Positions 10,827 through 20,864 of a DNA stretch of 64,000 bases are shown here, in pieces. Source of the DNA: an uncultured delta proteobacterium (GTDB taxonomy: Bacteria; Desulfobacterota; Desulfobaccia; Desulfobaccales; 0-14-0-80-60-11); contig CAWETI010000003.1 in NCBI GenBank assembly GCA_963812015.1, positions 2,130,328 through 2,194,327 on the forward strand, written 5' to 3'. The notes under the pieces are model-generated. The model was not told where the DNA came from, searched no databases, and worked only from the letters and a program-made list of their open reading frames with translations. Both the position numbers and the translations under genes were made by a program. The first letter of the stretch is position 1, and the number at the start of each line of letters is the position of its first letter.

Positions 10827-12784
10827 CGCTATCTCGATCTGTATATCCGTTTGGGGCCATCGTCGGGCAGGAACGGTTGAAAAAATCCCTGATCCTGAAC
10901 GCCATCAATCCCCGCCTGGGCGGGGTGCTGATCCGGGGGGAGAAAGGTACCGCCAAGTCCACCGCGGCCCGGGGCCTGGCGGAGTTGCTGCCTCCCATCC
11001 GGGTGGTGGCCGACTGCCCCTTCCACTGTGACCCCGGCGAGCCCGAGCAGTGCTGCGATTCCTGCCGGAAACGGGGGGTCCAGGACGCCCTGCCCACCCG
11101 GGAGCGGCCCATGCCGGTGGTGGACCTGCCCCTGGGCACCACCGAGGACCGGCTCCTGGGAACCATCGACCTGGAGAAGGCCATCAAGACCGGGGAGAAA
11201 CATTTTGAACCGGGCATTCTGGCTGCCGCCCATCGCGGCATCCTCTATGTGGATGAGGTCAACCTGCTGGACGACCACCTGGTGGATGTCCTCCTGGATG
11301 CCGCAGCCATGGGGGTGAACGTGGTGGAGCGGGAGGGTATCTCCTTCACCCACCCGGCCCGGTTCATCCTGGTGGGCACCATGAACCCGGAAGAGGGCGA
11401 GCTTCGCCCCCAACTCCTGGACCGCTTCGGGCTTTGCGTGGAAATCGGCGGGTTAAAAGACCCGCAGGCCCGCATGGAGGTGGTGGAGCGCCTCCTGGAC
11501 TATGAAGAAGCCCCCGAATTGTTTATCAATCAGTGGCAACCGGAGCAGGAACGGCTGCGCCAATCCATCACTGCGGCCCGGGAGCGTCTGGCGGCGGTAA
11601 ACTTCGCCAAAGACATGCTGAATCTGATCACCACCATCTGCCTGGATCAGGGAGTGGATGGCCACCGGGCCGACATTTATATGCTCAAGACGGCCCGCAC
11701 CCTGGCGGCCTTCCACGAGCGCCAGGAAGTCACCGAAGACGATGTCCGGGAGGCCGCGGAGCTGGTGCTCCCCCACCGGCTGCGCCGCCAACCCTTCAGC
11801 GAAGCCCAGATGGATCAGGAAAAGCTGGAGGAGAGTATCCGCAAACACCAGCAGCAGCACGAACCGCCACCGCCATCAGATTCTCCGCCCCCGGAGGAAC
11901 CTCCTCCCCCTCCCCCATCCGAGACGCCTCCGGGAAGCGGGGAAATTTCCTTTGAGGCCGGCTCCCCCTTCCCGGTGCGCCCCCTGGACCTGCCCCACGA
12001 CCGCCAGCCCAAGGAGTCCAAGGGCCGTCGCACCCGGGCCGTCACCAACGACCGCAGCGGCCGTTACGTGCGGGCGGCCATGACCCCGGCGGGGCCGCCG
12101 GACCTGGCCTTGGACGCCACCCTCCGGGCCGCCGCCCCTTATCAGCCCGTGCGGGACAAAGGCAACCTGGCCGTGGCCATTGCTGAGTCCGATCTGCGTC
12201 ACAAGGTCAGAGAAAAGCGCATCGGCCACCACATCCTGTTCGTGGTGGACGCCAGCGGCTCCATGGGGGCCAATCAACGCATGGTGGAAACCAAAGGCGC
12301 CATCCTCTCCCTCCTCCTGGACGCCTACCAGAAGCGGGAGCGGGTGGGGCTGGTGGTCTTTCGGGGGGAGCAGGCCCACCTGACGCTGCCCTTTACCCAC
12401 AGCATCGAGCAGGCCCGGAACTGCCTGGAGGACCTCCCCACCGGGGGCAAGACGCCGCTCCCCCGGGCCCTGCAACTGGCTCACGAAGTGATTCAGCGGG
12501 AGAAGCTCAAACATCCTAAGGATGCCTTTCTCCTGGTGCTCATCTCCGACGGCAAACCCAATATCAGCCTGGGAGGCGGCTCTGCCCTGGCCGACACCCA
12601 AGAGATGGCGGCGCATCTCCGGGGCCTGGGCGCCAACTCCCTGGTGCTGGACACCGAGGCCGGGTTCCTCAATCTCAGTTGCCTTCCCCAGGTGGCCGCC
12701 GAACTTAAGGGAAAATACTACAAAATCGAGGACATCCGGGCCTCAGAAGTCGTGGCCCGCATCGACGAGATCATGGTCGGGTAA
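10823..12784 (+). CDS. ChlI/ChlD-type AAA+ - vWA fusion chelatase subunit
   Basis: [43 protein letters not shown], poly-Pro linker, vWA MIDAS DASGSM. Confidence 0.92.
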   Translation: MTLSRSVYPFGAIVGQERLKKSLILNAINPRLGGVLIRGEKGTAKSTAARGLAELLPPIRVVADCPFHCDPGEPEQCCDSCRKRGVQDALPTRERPMPVVDLPLGTTEDRLLGTIDLEKAIKTGEKHFEPGILAAAHRGILYVDEVNLLDDHLVDVLLDAAAMGVNVVEREGISFTHPARFILVGTMNPEEGELRPQLLDRFGLCVEIGGLKDPQARMEVVERLLDYEEAPELFINQWQPEQERLRQSITAARERLAAVNFAKDMLNLITTICLDQGVDGHRADIYMLKTARTLAAFHERQEVTEDDVREAAELVLPHRLRRQPFSEAQMDQEKLEESIRKHQQQHEPPPPSDSPPPEEPPPPPPSETPPGSGEISFEAGSPFPVRPLDLPHDRQPKESKGRRTRAVTNDRSGRYVRAAMTPAGPPDLALDATLRAAAPYQPVRDKGNLAVAIAESDLRHKVREKRIGHHILFVVDASGSMGANQRMVETKGAILSLLLDAYQKRERVGLVVFRGEQAHLTLPFTHSIEQARNCLEDLPTGGKTPLPRALQLAHEVIQREKLKHPKDAFLLVLISDGKPNISLGGGSALADTQEMAAHLRGLGANSLVLDTEAGFLNLSCLPQVAAELKGKYYKIEDIRASEVVARIDEIMVG

Positions 12785-12795
12785 GGTCTAGGCGG

Positions 12796-14331
12796 CTAAG
12801 TCGCGGCCTTTGGCCGGCGCTCCTTCCTGGGTCCCTTGGAGTGGGAAAGCTCCCCGGCGCGGCCTCGTTCCGCTTTAAGGCGCTCCAGGAGCATGGCGGC
12901 GGGCTCAAAGTCCCGGCCTTCCCGGCGGGCCAGTTCGGCTTCGGTGGGCACCAGCTCCCCCCGGAAGGCCTTGGCCAGGACAGCCTGGGTGAGCTTCTCG
13001 GCCCGGGCCGTGGCCATGGCCACCCGCGCCTCGATGGCGTCGGCCAACCGGAACAGGGCCTCCACCCGGCGGACGATTTCGTGTTGTTCGGCGAAAGGAG
13101 GAAGAGGGATGAACACATCGCTCAAAATGGCAATGTTAATATTTTTCTGGGCCGTAGCCGGAGCAAGTTCCGCTAAATTGTTGCGGGCCATGCGGACGCA
13201 ATAATCCGAAAATTTGGGATTACAGAGATTATCGTCGCAAATGAGGCCTACGACGCTATCCGGGAAGCAGGCCGGATAAGTCAGAATCGCTGAAGCTGCA
13301 ATGTTCGCCGCAATAGAAATAACCACCGTTCCGGCAGGCCAGAGGCGACTTTGGGCAAGCCCTGCCTCGCTGTATGTCTGTTTGTGTGTGGTGATTTCCC
13401 CATTTGATTGCGCCACATCTCCGGTTTGAATGAAAGGATAGGGACCACCATAGAGATGTGCCGCATCACGAGGACGATGCCGGGATTTGCCGCGATTCAA
13501 CTCCCCCAGAAATGGGAGACGAACCCATTGCCACTCATCCGGGGTGTCCGAAAGAGTCATACGGTCAACAGAACCCGGCTCAAGGTTGGCTGGGGGCCTG
13601 TGAACTCTACGACCTTCCAAGGTTGCCTGCTGACATTCCGTCCTGTAAAGGGATTGGCGCTTTTTAGTGATTCGTTCAACCAGTTTCCCAGCAGGTTCCA
13701 GGTTGGTTTGAGCGGTGCGCCAATCGGCGGTGAGGCGGCCGGAGCAGGCCGCGGCCAGCACCGACTGCCGGAATTGTTTCAGGATGGCGGGGACCTTGGC
13801 CAGGCGCTCTTTAGCCGTCTTCAGCCTTTCTTCCAGACCATCGACTTGAGCGATTATTCTTCTTTGTTCTGGTAGGGGCGGCACCTCAACCTCTATATTA
13901 TCGAGGTGTCGTTGGCTGATCGCGGTGAAAGTCGACCCGGTACCCTGTTCAGCGATGCTGGCTTCTTTAAATCGCAAAGAATAGAGAAGCCATTTTGATG
14001 GAATCTCACCGGAGGGCTTAATGGCGGCCAGGCCCCGACCGATTGCACACCGCTGATCGGCAATATTTGTTGGCCCCACGGGGGCACGGATACACAAGAG
14101 AATATCGCCTGGGTCGGCGATTTTTGAAGGAGCAGTGCACCATTGTCTAACGGTGGGGTTTAGATCGGCAAATTCTTTTTTCCCTTGGAAAAATGGCAGA
14201 CCATCCTGCTGGTCATTATAGGTATTTCCAGGGGGGGACTGGCCCATTTTGATGGAGGCAATCTCAGGTAATTTTGCCAGAGTCCATCCCTCAGGCAATT
14301 TACATAGATGGCAAGTTTCAGATATTTTCAT
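12796..14331 (-). CDS. hsdS: Type I restriction-modification specificity subunit
   Basis: LPEGW start, two TRDs each ending PPLPEQRRI / PPFAEQHEIV, conserved QSVLAAACSGRLT and QAVLAKAFRGELV. Confidence 0.93.
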   Translation of the reverse strand: MKISETCHLCKLPEGWTLAKLPEIASIKMGQSPPGNTYNDQQDGLPFFQGKKEFADLNPTVRQWCTAPSKIADPGDILLCIRAPVGPTNIADQRCAIGRGLAAIKPSGEIPSKWLLYSLRFKEASIAEQGTGSTFTAISQRHLDNIEVEVPPLPEQRRIIAQVDGLEERLKTAKERLAKVPAILKQFRQSVLAAACSGRLTADWRTAQTNLEPAGKLVERITKKRQSLYRTECQQATLEGRRVHRPPANLEPGSVDRMTLSDTPDEWQWVRLPFLGELNRGKSRHRPRDAAHLYGGPYPFIQTGDVAQSNGEITTHKQTYSEAGLAQSRLWPAGTVVISIAANIAASAILTYPACFPDSVVGLICDDNLCNPKFSDYCVRMARNNLAELAPATAQKNINIAILSDVFIPLPPFAEQHEIVRRVEALFRLADAIEARVAMATARAEKLTQAVLAKAFRGELVPTEAELARREGRDFEPAAMLLERLKAERGRAGELSHSKGPRKERRPKAAT

Positions 14332-14353
14332 TTCTAAATTAGTTAGTTAGCAA

Positions 14354-14461
14354 TAGGGCGTGCTGTGCACGCCGGATTATGGCGGCCATAGGCCGCCCTC
14401 TAGGCACAACGCCGCCTCAAGACCGCGGCTACAAAGACATGGCGGGCAATGCCCGCCCTAC
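14354..14461. repeat. Cluster of GTAG-type REP-like palindromes (BIME-like)
   Basis: TAGGGCGTGCTGTGCACGCC (14354-14373), GGCGGCCATAGGCCGCCCTCTA (14381-14402), GGCGGGCAATGCCCGCCCTAC (14441-14461; reverse complement GTAGGGCGGGCATTGCCCGCC). Confidence 0.7.
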
Positions 14462-15891
14462 ATTTTTGATTCTGCGGCGTTATCGCCGTTTTCCAACAAG
14501 GCCAGGACGGCGTTCAACTCCTGCACCGCTCCCTCTAGTTCAGCGATGGCGTCGGTCACCAGTTCCTCCGGTTCCGGCAGGTCGTCGGGGTCATCCAGGG
14601 AGTCGTCTTTGAGCCAGCGCAGGCCGTCGATCTTGAAATCCCGGGCCTGGACCTCGCTGATGTGGAAGCGCCGCCAGCGATCTTCGGGGGAGTCGGCGGG
14701 ACTCCGGCGGCTGCGCCCGTTGGGGTCCGAGCCGTAGCAGCGGACGAACTCGGCAAAGTGCGCTGCGCTCAAGGGCCGGTCTTTCTTGGTGATGCCCGGC
14801 ACATTGGTGCGGCCGTCGTAAATCCAGACATTCTCGGTGGGGTAGCCCTTGGTGAAGAAAATGACGTTGGTCTTGGTGCCGGGGCTATAGGGGGTAAAGG
14901 TGCCCCGGGGCAGACGCAGGACGGTATGGAGGATGCAGTCCTCCGTCAGAATTTTGAAAACCTCCCCGGCCTGATCGGCAAAGAGGCAGTTGTCCGGCAG
15001 GACCACCGCGGCCCGGCCCGCGGGCTTCAAGATGGTCATGAGGTGCTGGAGGAAATTCAACTGCTTGTTGGAGGTGGAAACGGTGAAATCGTCCCGGTCC
15101 GGGGCCTGGTTGGCCCCCTTGGTGCCAAAGGGGGGATTGGTGAGCACCGCGTCGAACTTGGGGCCGGTATAAACCTGGTAGATGGAGTCCCCCAGGGCGA
15201 TTTCCGGCTCCAGGCCGTGGAGGTAGAGGTTCATCAGGGCTAGGCGCCGGGGCCGGGCCACCAGTTCCTGACCGAAGTAGGTGGCCCCTTTGAGGCGTTT
15301 CGCCAGGTCGCGGTCCACCGCGCCGCCCTTCGTCTGCTGCATGAACCATTCGTAGGCGGCCACCAGGAAACCGCCGGTGCCGCAGGCGGGATCGCCGATG
15401 GTAAAGTCCCGGCGGGTGCGGGGATCGGGCTTGAGGACCGCGACCATGGCCTGGATCAAGAGGCGCGGGGTGAAATACTGCCCGGCGCCTTTCTTGCCTT
15501 CGCTGGCGGCTTTTTCCAGCAGGCCCTCAAAGGCTGCGGCCTTTATATCCACTTCCAGAGAAGTCCAATCGGTATCGTCAATGAGGCTGATGAGCTTTTT
15601 GAGGTTGACGGGATTGTGAAAGCGGGACATGGCCCCGGCAAAGATATCCCCCAGCAAACCCCGGGCCTGACCCAGGGTGCGCAGGACCTCGAGATAATGG
15701 TTGGTGAGGCCGGTGCCGCTCTGATTAACCAGAGCAGGCCAGTCGCAGCCCCGGGGCAGGGTAATATCCCGCTCGTCGGCCATTTTCAGGAACAGCAGGT
15801 AGGTGAGCTGCTCGATATAGTCGCCATAATCGATGCCGTCATGGCGTAAGGTGTGGCAGAACCCCCAAAGTTTTTGAACAATGTCGCTCAT
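14458..15891 (-). CDS. hsdM: Type I restriction-modification N6-adenine methyltransferase
   Basis: GQYFTPR, DPACGTGGF (motif I), NPPF (motif IV). Confidence 0.95.
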   Translation of the reverse strand: MSDIVQKLWGFCHTLRHDGIDYGDYIEQLTYLLFLKMADERDITLPRGCDWPALVNQSGTGLTNHYLEVLRTLGQARGLLGDIFAGAMSRFHNPVNLKKLISLIDDTDWTSLEVDIKAAAFEGLLEKAASEGKKGAGQYFTPRLLIQAMVAVLKPDPRTRRDFTIGDPACGTGGFLVAAYEWFMQQTKGGAVDRDLAKRLKGATYFGQELVARPRRLALMNLYLHGLEPEIALGDSIYQVYTGPKFDAVLTNPPFGTKGANQAPDRDDFTVSTSNKQLNFLQHLMTILKPAGRAAVVLPDNCLFADQAGEVFKILTEDCILHTVLRLPRGTFTPYSPGTKTNVIFFTKGYPTENVWIYDGRTNVPGITKKDRPLSAAHFAEFVRCYGSDPNGRSRRSPADSPEDRWRRFHISEVQARDFKIDGLRWLKDDSLDDPDDLPEPEELVTDAIAELEGAVQELNAVLALLENGDNAAESKM

Positions 15892-18569
15892 GCGGCTAAA
15901 GCCTCGTTAAATTGCTGGATCATCCGGTCCAGTTCACCGGGAAAGACGAGCTGGGCCTTCCCCCAGCCCCCGGCGTTGAAAAAGACCGGGACGTTGTTGA
16001 AGTCGTCGGGCTCAATGGACAGGTTAGCGATTAAATGGTCCCGGATGCGGTCCAGCCATTGCTGCTGCTCCGGGGTGAACCGGCGGCCGGCGGTGACTTG
16101 GCCAAAGGCCCGGGCCACCCGTTCCTCGGCGGTAAACAACGGTTCCTCTTCCCGGGCGGCGTGCTTGACCATGGAGATAATGTCCACCAGAGCTTTATGA
16201 TAGGTGAGCTGATGGACCTTTTGCAGGTTGTCCAGAGTGAAGCGCTGGGTGGTGGCGGCCAGCTTCCGGCGAAGTTCGCTCAGGGGCTGGGTGCCCCAGT
16301 CTTGGGGCCGGTCCAGGAGAATTTGAATCGCGTCTATCTGCGCCGGGTTCTCCCTCACAAAACGGGAAAAAGCGGCCAGATAATCCCCGGGCTTATATTC
16401 CTGGCCCGCCCCATTGCGGACCAGCCATTGGGAAGTAACTGTGTCCACGGTTTCGTAAGCCACCAGAAAATTGCGCGGCGGTCGGGGATAGTTGAGCAAC
16501 AAATCCTGAAAATCCGGATGGCGCAGCAGAGCCATGGCGCCGGTGAAATCTTCCTGGAGGAGACGAGGCAGGCTATTGGCGTACCCGGCCAGATCGCCGT
16601 TCAGGATAAAAGCGGCGAACAGTTCCCGGGCCTCGCCGGACATCTCCTTCTCAATGCGTTGCAGCCGCTTGACCAGGCAGCGGATGTTGTAGGCGCGGTC
16701 GCGGTTTTGCCAGATATCGTCAATGATCTGGATAATGGTTTTTGAGGAAGTCTGGGGCGGCTCCGCGGTGATGGCGGTAGCCTGTTTGAAATATTCCATG
16801 AGGGTGCCGTTGAAGCAGTCGAACACCGTGAAATGGGACTTGTCGGTAAATTTTTCGCCTTTACGGGTGCCCCGGCCCAACATCTGTTCAAAGAGGATGC
16901 GGGACTTTACCGGCCGCAGGAAGACGATGAACTCCAAATCCGGAATATCGACCCCGGTGGTCAGCAGGTCCACGGTGACCACCACCCCCGGGTTAACCCG
17001 ATTGCGGAACTCCCGGATTCTTTGCAGGGGCCGATCCACCTTGGCGGTGATCTTTTGGACAAAGGAATCCCCCTGGCCGAACACGTCCCGGGCAATACCT
17101 ACCAAGCTGTCGGCATGAGAGGTGTGGGGCAGGTCGTTGACGGCAAAGATCAAAGTCTTGGGAAATCTGCCATATCTCTCTTGATGCTCCAGGGCATACG
17201 TCCTGATTTCTTCAATGATTTTGAGGTTGGAATCAGGGGCGGTGACCTTCTGTTCGACTTCCGGGGCCTCAAACTGCCGCTCATCCTCCAGCAGATCCAG
17301 TTGTTCGAGGCCGGTCTGCGAATCGATAGACCCCACCTGTTCGCCTTCCTGCAAGAAAACCCCCTTCAGGCGCACCTCAGAATTGATGGTGACCACATCG
17401 TAGTCTACCAGAAACCCTTCCCGCACGGCCCGTTCATAATTGTAGCGGTAAACGATATCTTTAAAATAGGCGGTGGTGTGGGCCGCAGGGGTGGCCGTCA
17501 GCCCGATTTTGATGGCGTCAAAATGCTCCAGGGTGTTGCGCCAGATGGATAACTCGGCGGTGGTATAGCCTCGATGACATTCGTCCGCGATGACCGCATC
17601 AAAGGCGTGAATGGGGATGTCAAGTTTTTCGGCATCGTCTTCGCTGGGTTCATCGGTGGGGGCGAGAATTGAGCCACGGCCAAAGAGATTGATGGTCATG
17701 CGCTGGATGGTGCAGATATAAACAAAAGCATGGCCGGGCTGAGGATTTAGCAGATATGAGGAGGGCAGGACCTTGGGGTCGAAATTCTCATCCTCTTCAA
17801 AATCATCCCTGAAAAATCCCTGGCTATAGACCTCATAAATCTGATCAAACTTGAGGCCGGGTTCAGGCTCGAAAGAGGCGAAGGAGCGAACGGCCTGGGC
17901 GGCCAGGGCACGGCGGTCCACCAGGAAGAGAATTCGCCGGGCGACGCCGGATTTCATGAGCCGGTAAGCCTGGTTGACCAGGGTGAAGGTTTTCCCGGTA
18001 CCGGTGGCCATAGCCACCAGCATCTGGCGTTTCTGCCGGCTGATTGCCTGCTCCATGGCCTGGCTGGCCTCGATTTGGTAGGGACGCAGTTTAGGGTGAT
18101 GGTCGGTATGCGCCGTGAACCAATGGCACCCCGCCTCGAAATCTCGGCTGAACATCTCCCGCAAGGCGGCAGGAGTATGAAATTGAGATATTTTTCGTGA
18201 TCTATTCAGGGGATGGCGAACATCTTGGAACCAGAGAACCTCGCCGTTAGTAGAATAGAGGAACGGTACATGAAAGCCGTCGAAGTTTAAGGGATTGGCA
18301 GTAGCTCCCTGCGAGTACCGCTGGGCCTGGGTGAGGACATTCTGAGGCCCGAGGGTTACCTTTTTCGCCTCGACGATGCCAAGAATCCGCCCATCAACAC
18401 AGAGAGCATAATCGGCAGGGCCGTTGGCGGTCTCATATTCTTCAATGGCACAGGTTTGATACCAGCTTAAAGGACGTTTTGGGTCGAAGGGGACAATGGT
18501 CCAAAATTGGCTTTTAAGTTTGGGGTCGATTCTTTTTTTGCGAGTTTGCCTTTCGCTCTCAGAGTTCAC
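15888..18569 (-). CDS. hsdR: Type I restriction endonuclease subunit R
   Basis: Nuclease PADY...VEAKK, MATGTGKT, DECHR, GLTATP, QMLGRGTR; EcoEI_R_C-like tail; GTG start. Confidence 0.95.
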   Translation of the reverse strand: MNSESERQTRKKRIDPKLKSQFWTIVPFDPKRPLSWYQTCAIEEYETANGPADYALCVDGRILGIVEAKKVTLGPQNVLTQAQRYSQGATANPLNFDGFHVPFLYSTNGEVLWFQDVRHPLNRSRKISQFHTPAALREMFSRDFEAGCHWFTAHTDHHPKLRPYQIEASQAMEQAISRQKRQMLVAMATGTGKTFTLVNQAYRLMKSGVARRILFLVDRRALAAQAVRSFASFEPEPGLKFDQIYEVYSQGFFRDDFEEDENFDPKVLPSSYLLNPQPGHAFVYICTIQRMTINLFGRGSILAPTDEPSEDDAEKLDIPIHAFDAVIADECHRGYTTAELSIWRNTLEHFDAIKIGLTATPAAHTTAYFKDIVYRYNYERAVREGFLVDYDVVTINSEVRLKGVFLQEGEQVGSIDSQTGLEQLDLLEDERQFEAPEVEQKVTAPDSNLKIIEEIRTYALEHQERYGRFPKTLIFAVNDLPHTSHADSLVGIARDVFGQGDSFVQKITAKVDRPLQRIREFRNRVNPGVVVTVDLLTTGVDIPDLEFIVFLRPVKSRILFEQMLGRGTRKGEKFTDKSHFTVFDCFNGTLMEYFKQATAITAEPPQTSSKTIIQIIDDIWQNRDRAYNIRCLVKRLQRIEKEMSGEARELFAAFILNGDLAGYANSLPRLLQEDFTGAMALLRHPDFQDLLLNYPRPPRNFLVAYETVDTVTSQWLVRNGAGQEYKPGDYLAAFSRFVRENPAQIDAIQILLDRPQDWGTQPLSELRRKLAATTQRFTLDNLQKVHQLTYHKALVDIISMVKHAAREEEPLFTAEERVARAFGQVTAGRRFTPEQQQWLDRIRDHLIANLSIEPDDFNNVPVFFNAGGWGKAQLVFPGELDRMIQQFNEALAA

Positions 18570-18643
18570 AATTCTTTACCCTGTTGGAGAATTGAAGGTT
18601 GCGAGAAAAAATTTATGATTAGGCCCGCATCCAGAACCTTCGT

Positions 18644-18820
18644 TCACTTCGTGCGGTAAACGTTCAAACCCACCTTCTCCTGCCGGTCCGGGACGAAGAC
18701 GTTCCCTTCGGTGGAGGCGATAATGATGCTCTTCTTGGATGACGAGGGGCCGAAATCCTTGGTCAGGTCCACCTTGATGGTAAGAATGTTCCCCTCCACG
18801 GTCATCTCCACGTTTTTCAT
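18644..18820 (-). CDS. Small conserved-looking protein, 58 aa (not in ORF track)
   Basis: Own translation MKNVEMTVEGNILTIKVDLTKDFGPSSSKKSIIIASTEGNVFVPDRQEKVGLNVYRTK; SD-like AAAGGGGA 7 nt upstream; host-like codon use. Confidence 0.8.
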   Translation of the reverse strand: MKNVEMTVEGNILTIKVDLTKDFGPSSSKKSIIIASTEGNVFVPDRQEKVGLNVYRTK

Positions 18821-19305
18821 GCCATAGTCCCCTTTACCCGGTTATGCCCTTCCATAAAAGTTTCCGGTCAGCAACCTGCATATCCTGCATGTATACCTAT
18901 AATCCCAAATGGACCTCATAGTCAATAAATCTCGGCCCAAGGGGCGGAACACCGGCGCCAAGGCGAGAGGAAGGTGGGGGGGGTACAGGAGTTAGCCCTG
19001 AGCGTTCATCCAGGGCGGTCTGAGGCGCTCCCGGAGAGGGTATGTGGAGGACGCCGCGGGCCTCTATCCTGGTTGAGGGTCCCGCCGCCAGGCCTCAATG
19101 AACGGGCCATAGTCGGGCAGGTGACCTAAGGTGGTCAATTCATGGTTAAGGGAGAGAGTAGGGATCGCCACCGACCGCCTTCCCTGGGATAAACTTAATT
19201 TTACCCAAATCAGTGTCATAGGGAGGTTGTAGATCAAGCCATCCCCTGGGGCTTAGGCGAAGAATCCCACCATTCAGTCCGCCTATCCCCCAATGAAACG
19301 GAAAG

Positions 19306-19494
19306 TTAATAGTCCTCTGGATTTTTAATATTAAAAATTTTCAGGATCTCCTCCTTTTGGTCAGGGTAAATTTTAATGCAATGCCGGACATAGCCTTCCC
19401 TGGTGAAATCTTTAAGTTCTTCGGCTTGTCGTCGAACAAGGTCATCAGTGAACTCTTTCCAAGACGTTTGGGTTTTTCCAGTGTCTTTCATCAT
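19306..19494 (-). CDS. Hypothetical protein, 62 aa
   Basis: ORF with SD AAAGGGG; last gene of the element's minus-strand run. Confidence 0.55.
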   Translation of the reverse strand: MMKDTGKTQTSWKEFTDDLVRRQAEELKDFTREGYVRHCIKIYPDQKEEILKIFNIKNPEDY

Positions 19495-19618
19495 TTTTTC
19501 CCCTTTAAAAATTTAGGCCTGATTGGTGGACCTGGTCCTTCGGCCCAGGGGGCTTCACACCCCCCCTGAGGCCGAGCGTTGCTATGCTTCAAATGACTAC
19601 ATGGCGCCTTCAGGCTTA

Positions 19619-20098
19619 TTAGGGTTCTCCCCAATAGAGGCTTCTTTCCATTCGGTAAAATCGTTTGGTACTGAGACAGATACAATTCCGGCATTCTCAA
19701 CAGCTGCCGACTTGCCTTGATAATCGATGGGAGAAGGAGAATATCATCCATTCAGCTACTTCTTGACCGTATACTTTGATTAGCTTCTCGTTGGCTTTGT
19801 CGAAATCCTCCCTTGAACTACAGCCCCGGAAAAATTCATTCATAATTTTGTCATTCTCTTCTGGCGGCGCATCCCACCTAAAATTCTTGAGCAGCAATGC
19901 ACCGTCAAAATCGCCCACCAAGGGGTCTCGAGCCTTACCAAAGGATTTTAATTCACTCAAATGTCTTCCACAGCCCTCACATCTCCCATCGGCCGGAGGA
20001 GGGCTGATGTTTATTCCATCTTTGGGTTTTAAATCTTCTTCACCATCAACACTTTCCAAATTTTCTATCTCATTTTCCTCGAAAAGTGATTTTTGCAT
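19619..20098 (-). pseudogene. Putative Zn-ribbon protein interrupted by an in-frame TGA at 19697-19699
   Basis: SD AAGGAG; N-terminal RCEGCGR; frame continues past TGA as ECRNCICLSTKRFYRMERSLYWGEP* to TAA at 19619-19621. Confidence 0.55.
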
Positions 20099-20508
20099 GG
20101 CGTATCTCCTTTCTTGTTTGCCCTGATTGTTAGTGGCACAGGAAACCGTCAGTTTCGGCTTTCGATTGAAAATCTATCCAGTGCCACGTGCGTATCAGAA
20201 AAAATCAATTCAATTAACCGTATCTGATAGTCAATATGTGCAATGAAAATGGACTTAAATTACAGAGTATCTCGTCGAATTAGTTACACTTTCTATCGTA
20301 TTCACGCTATTGAGCGAAATTGTTGGAAATAGTTAAAAAAGTATGGAAAAACATGCTAAAAAGGCAGAGGAAATTAAATAAATATTCAATAATAATCAAT
20401 AAATATGGAATATAAAACTGTATAACTTATTAAAACTATTAAATTTTAATTTTATATTAATTTAATTTTAGCTGATTTTTCGGCCATATTTCCAAATTTC
20501 TCAAAAGC

Positions 20509-20826
20509 CTAACCGTCCCCTTGTTCCCTTTCTATTTCCGTCAAAATGATCCCAGCCAACTCTGCCCCCGAGGCTGTCAAGCTTATTGCCGTGGCCGAAT
20601 TGGTTAAGTTCTTCCAAATTGTAACCAAACCTCGTTGCCATAATCGGCTAAGCGATCTTGATAAAGAAGCATGCGCTGTTGCGTACTCACGCTCGCCAAT
20701 GCTGGCCTTTCTGGAGCCCCATGCCCCAGGCTGCCAGCCCCACAGGGCGGATAGAATGTCATCGTACGTGATGAACCTTTTCTTGGAGGCCAAGCACAAA
20801 ATTTGTCGTTGATGGTCTGAAATCAT
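20509..20826 (-). CDS. Winged-helix DNA-binding protein (putative)
   Basis: SLSRSLSRLWQRGLV...ISLTASGAE pattern (MarR-like wHTH); SD GAGG. Confidence 0.6.
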   Translation of the reverse strand: MISDHQRQILCLASKKRFITYDDILSALWGWQPGAWGSRKASIGEREYATAHASLSRSLSRLWQRGLVTIWKNLTNSATAISLTASGAELAGIILTEIEREQGDG

Positions 20827-20864
20827 TGGTTAACCTCTCTTGTTAACCCTAATTATTGGGTCGG

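Noticed and set aside
19056..19219. Integrase remnant at the left edge of the element
   Set aside because: The short minus-strand ORF (MTLIWVKLSLSQGRRSVAIP...) has no tyrosine or serine recombinase motif
19491..19751. 86-aa ORF from the track
   Set aside because: It overlaps the read-through frame of the Zn-ribbon gene, has no SD and no protein-like features
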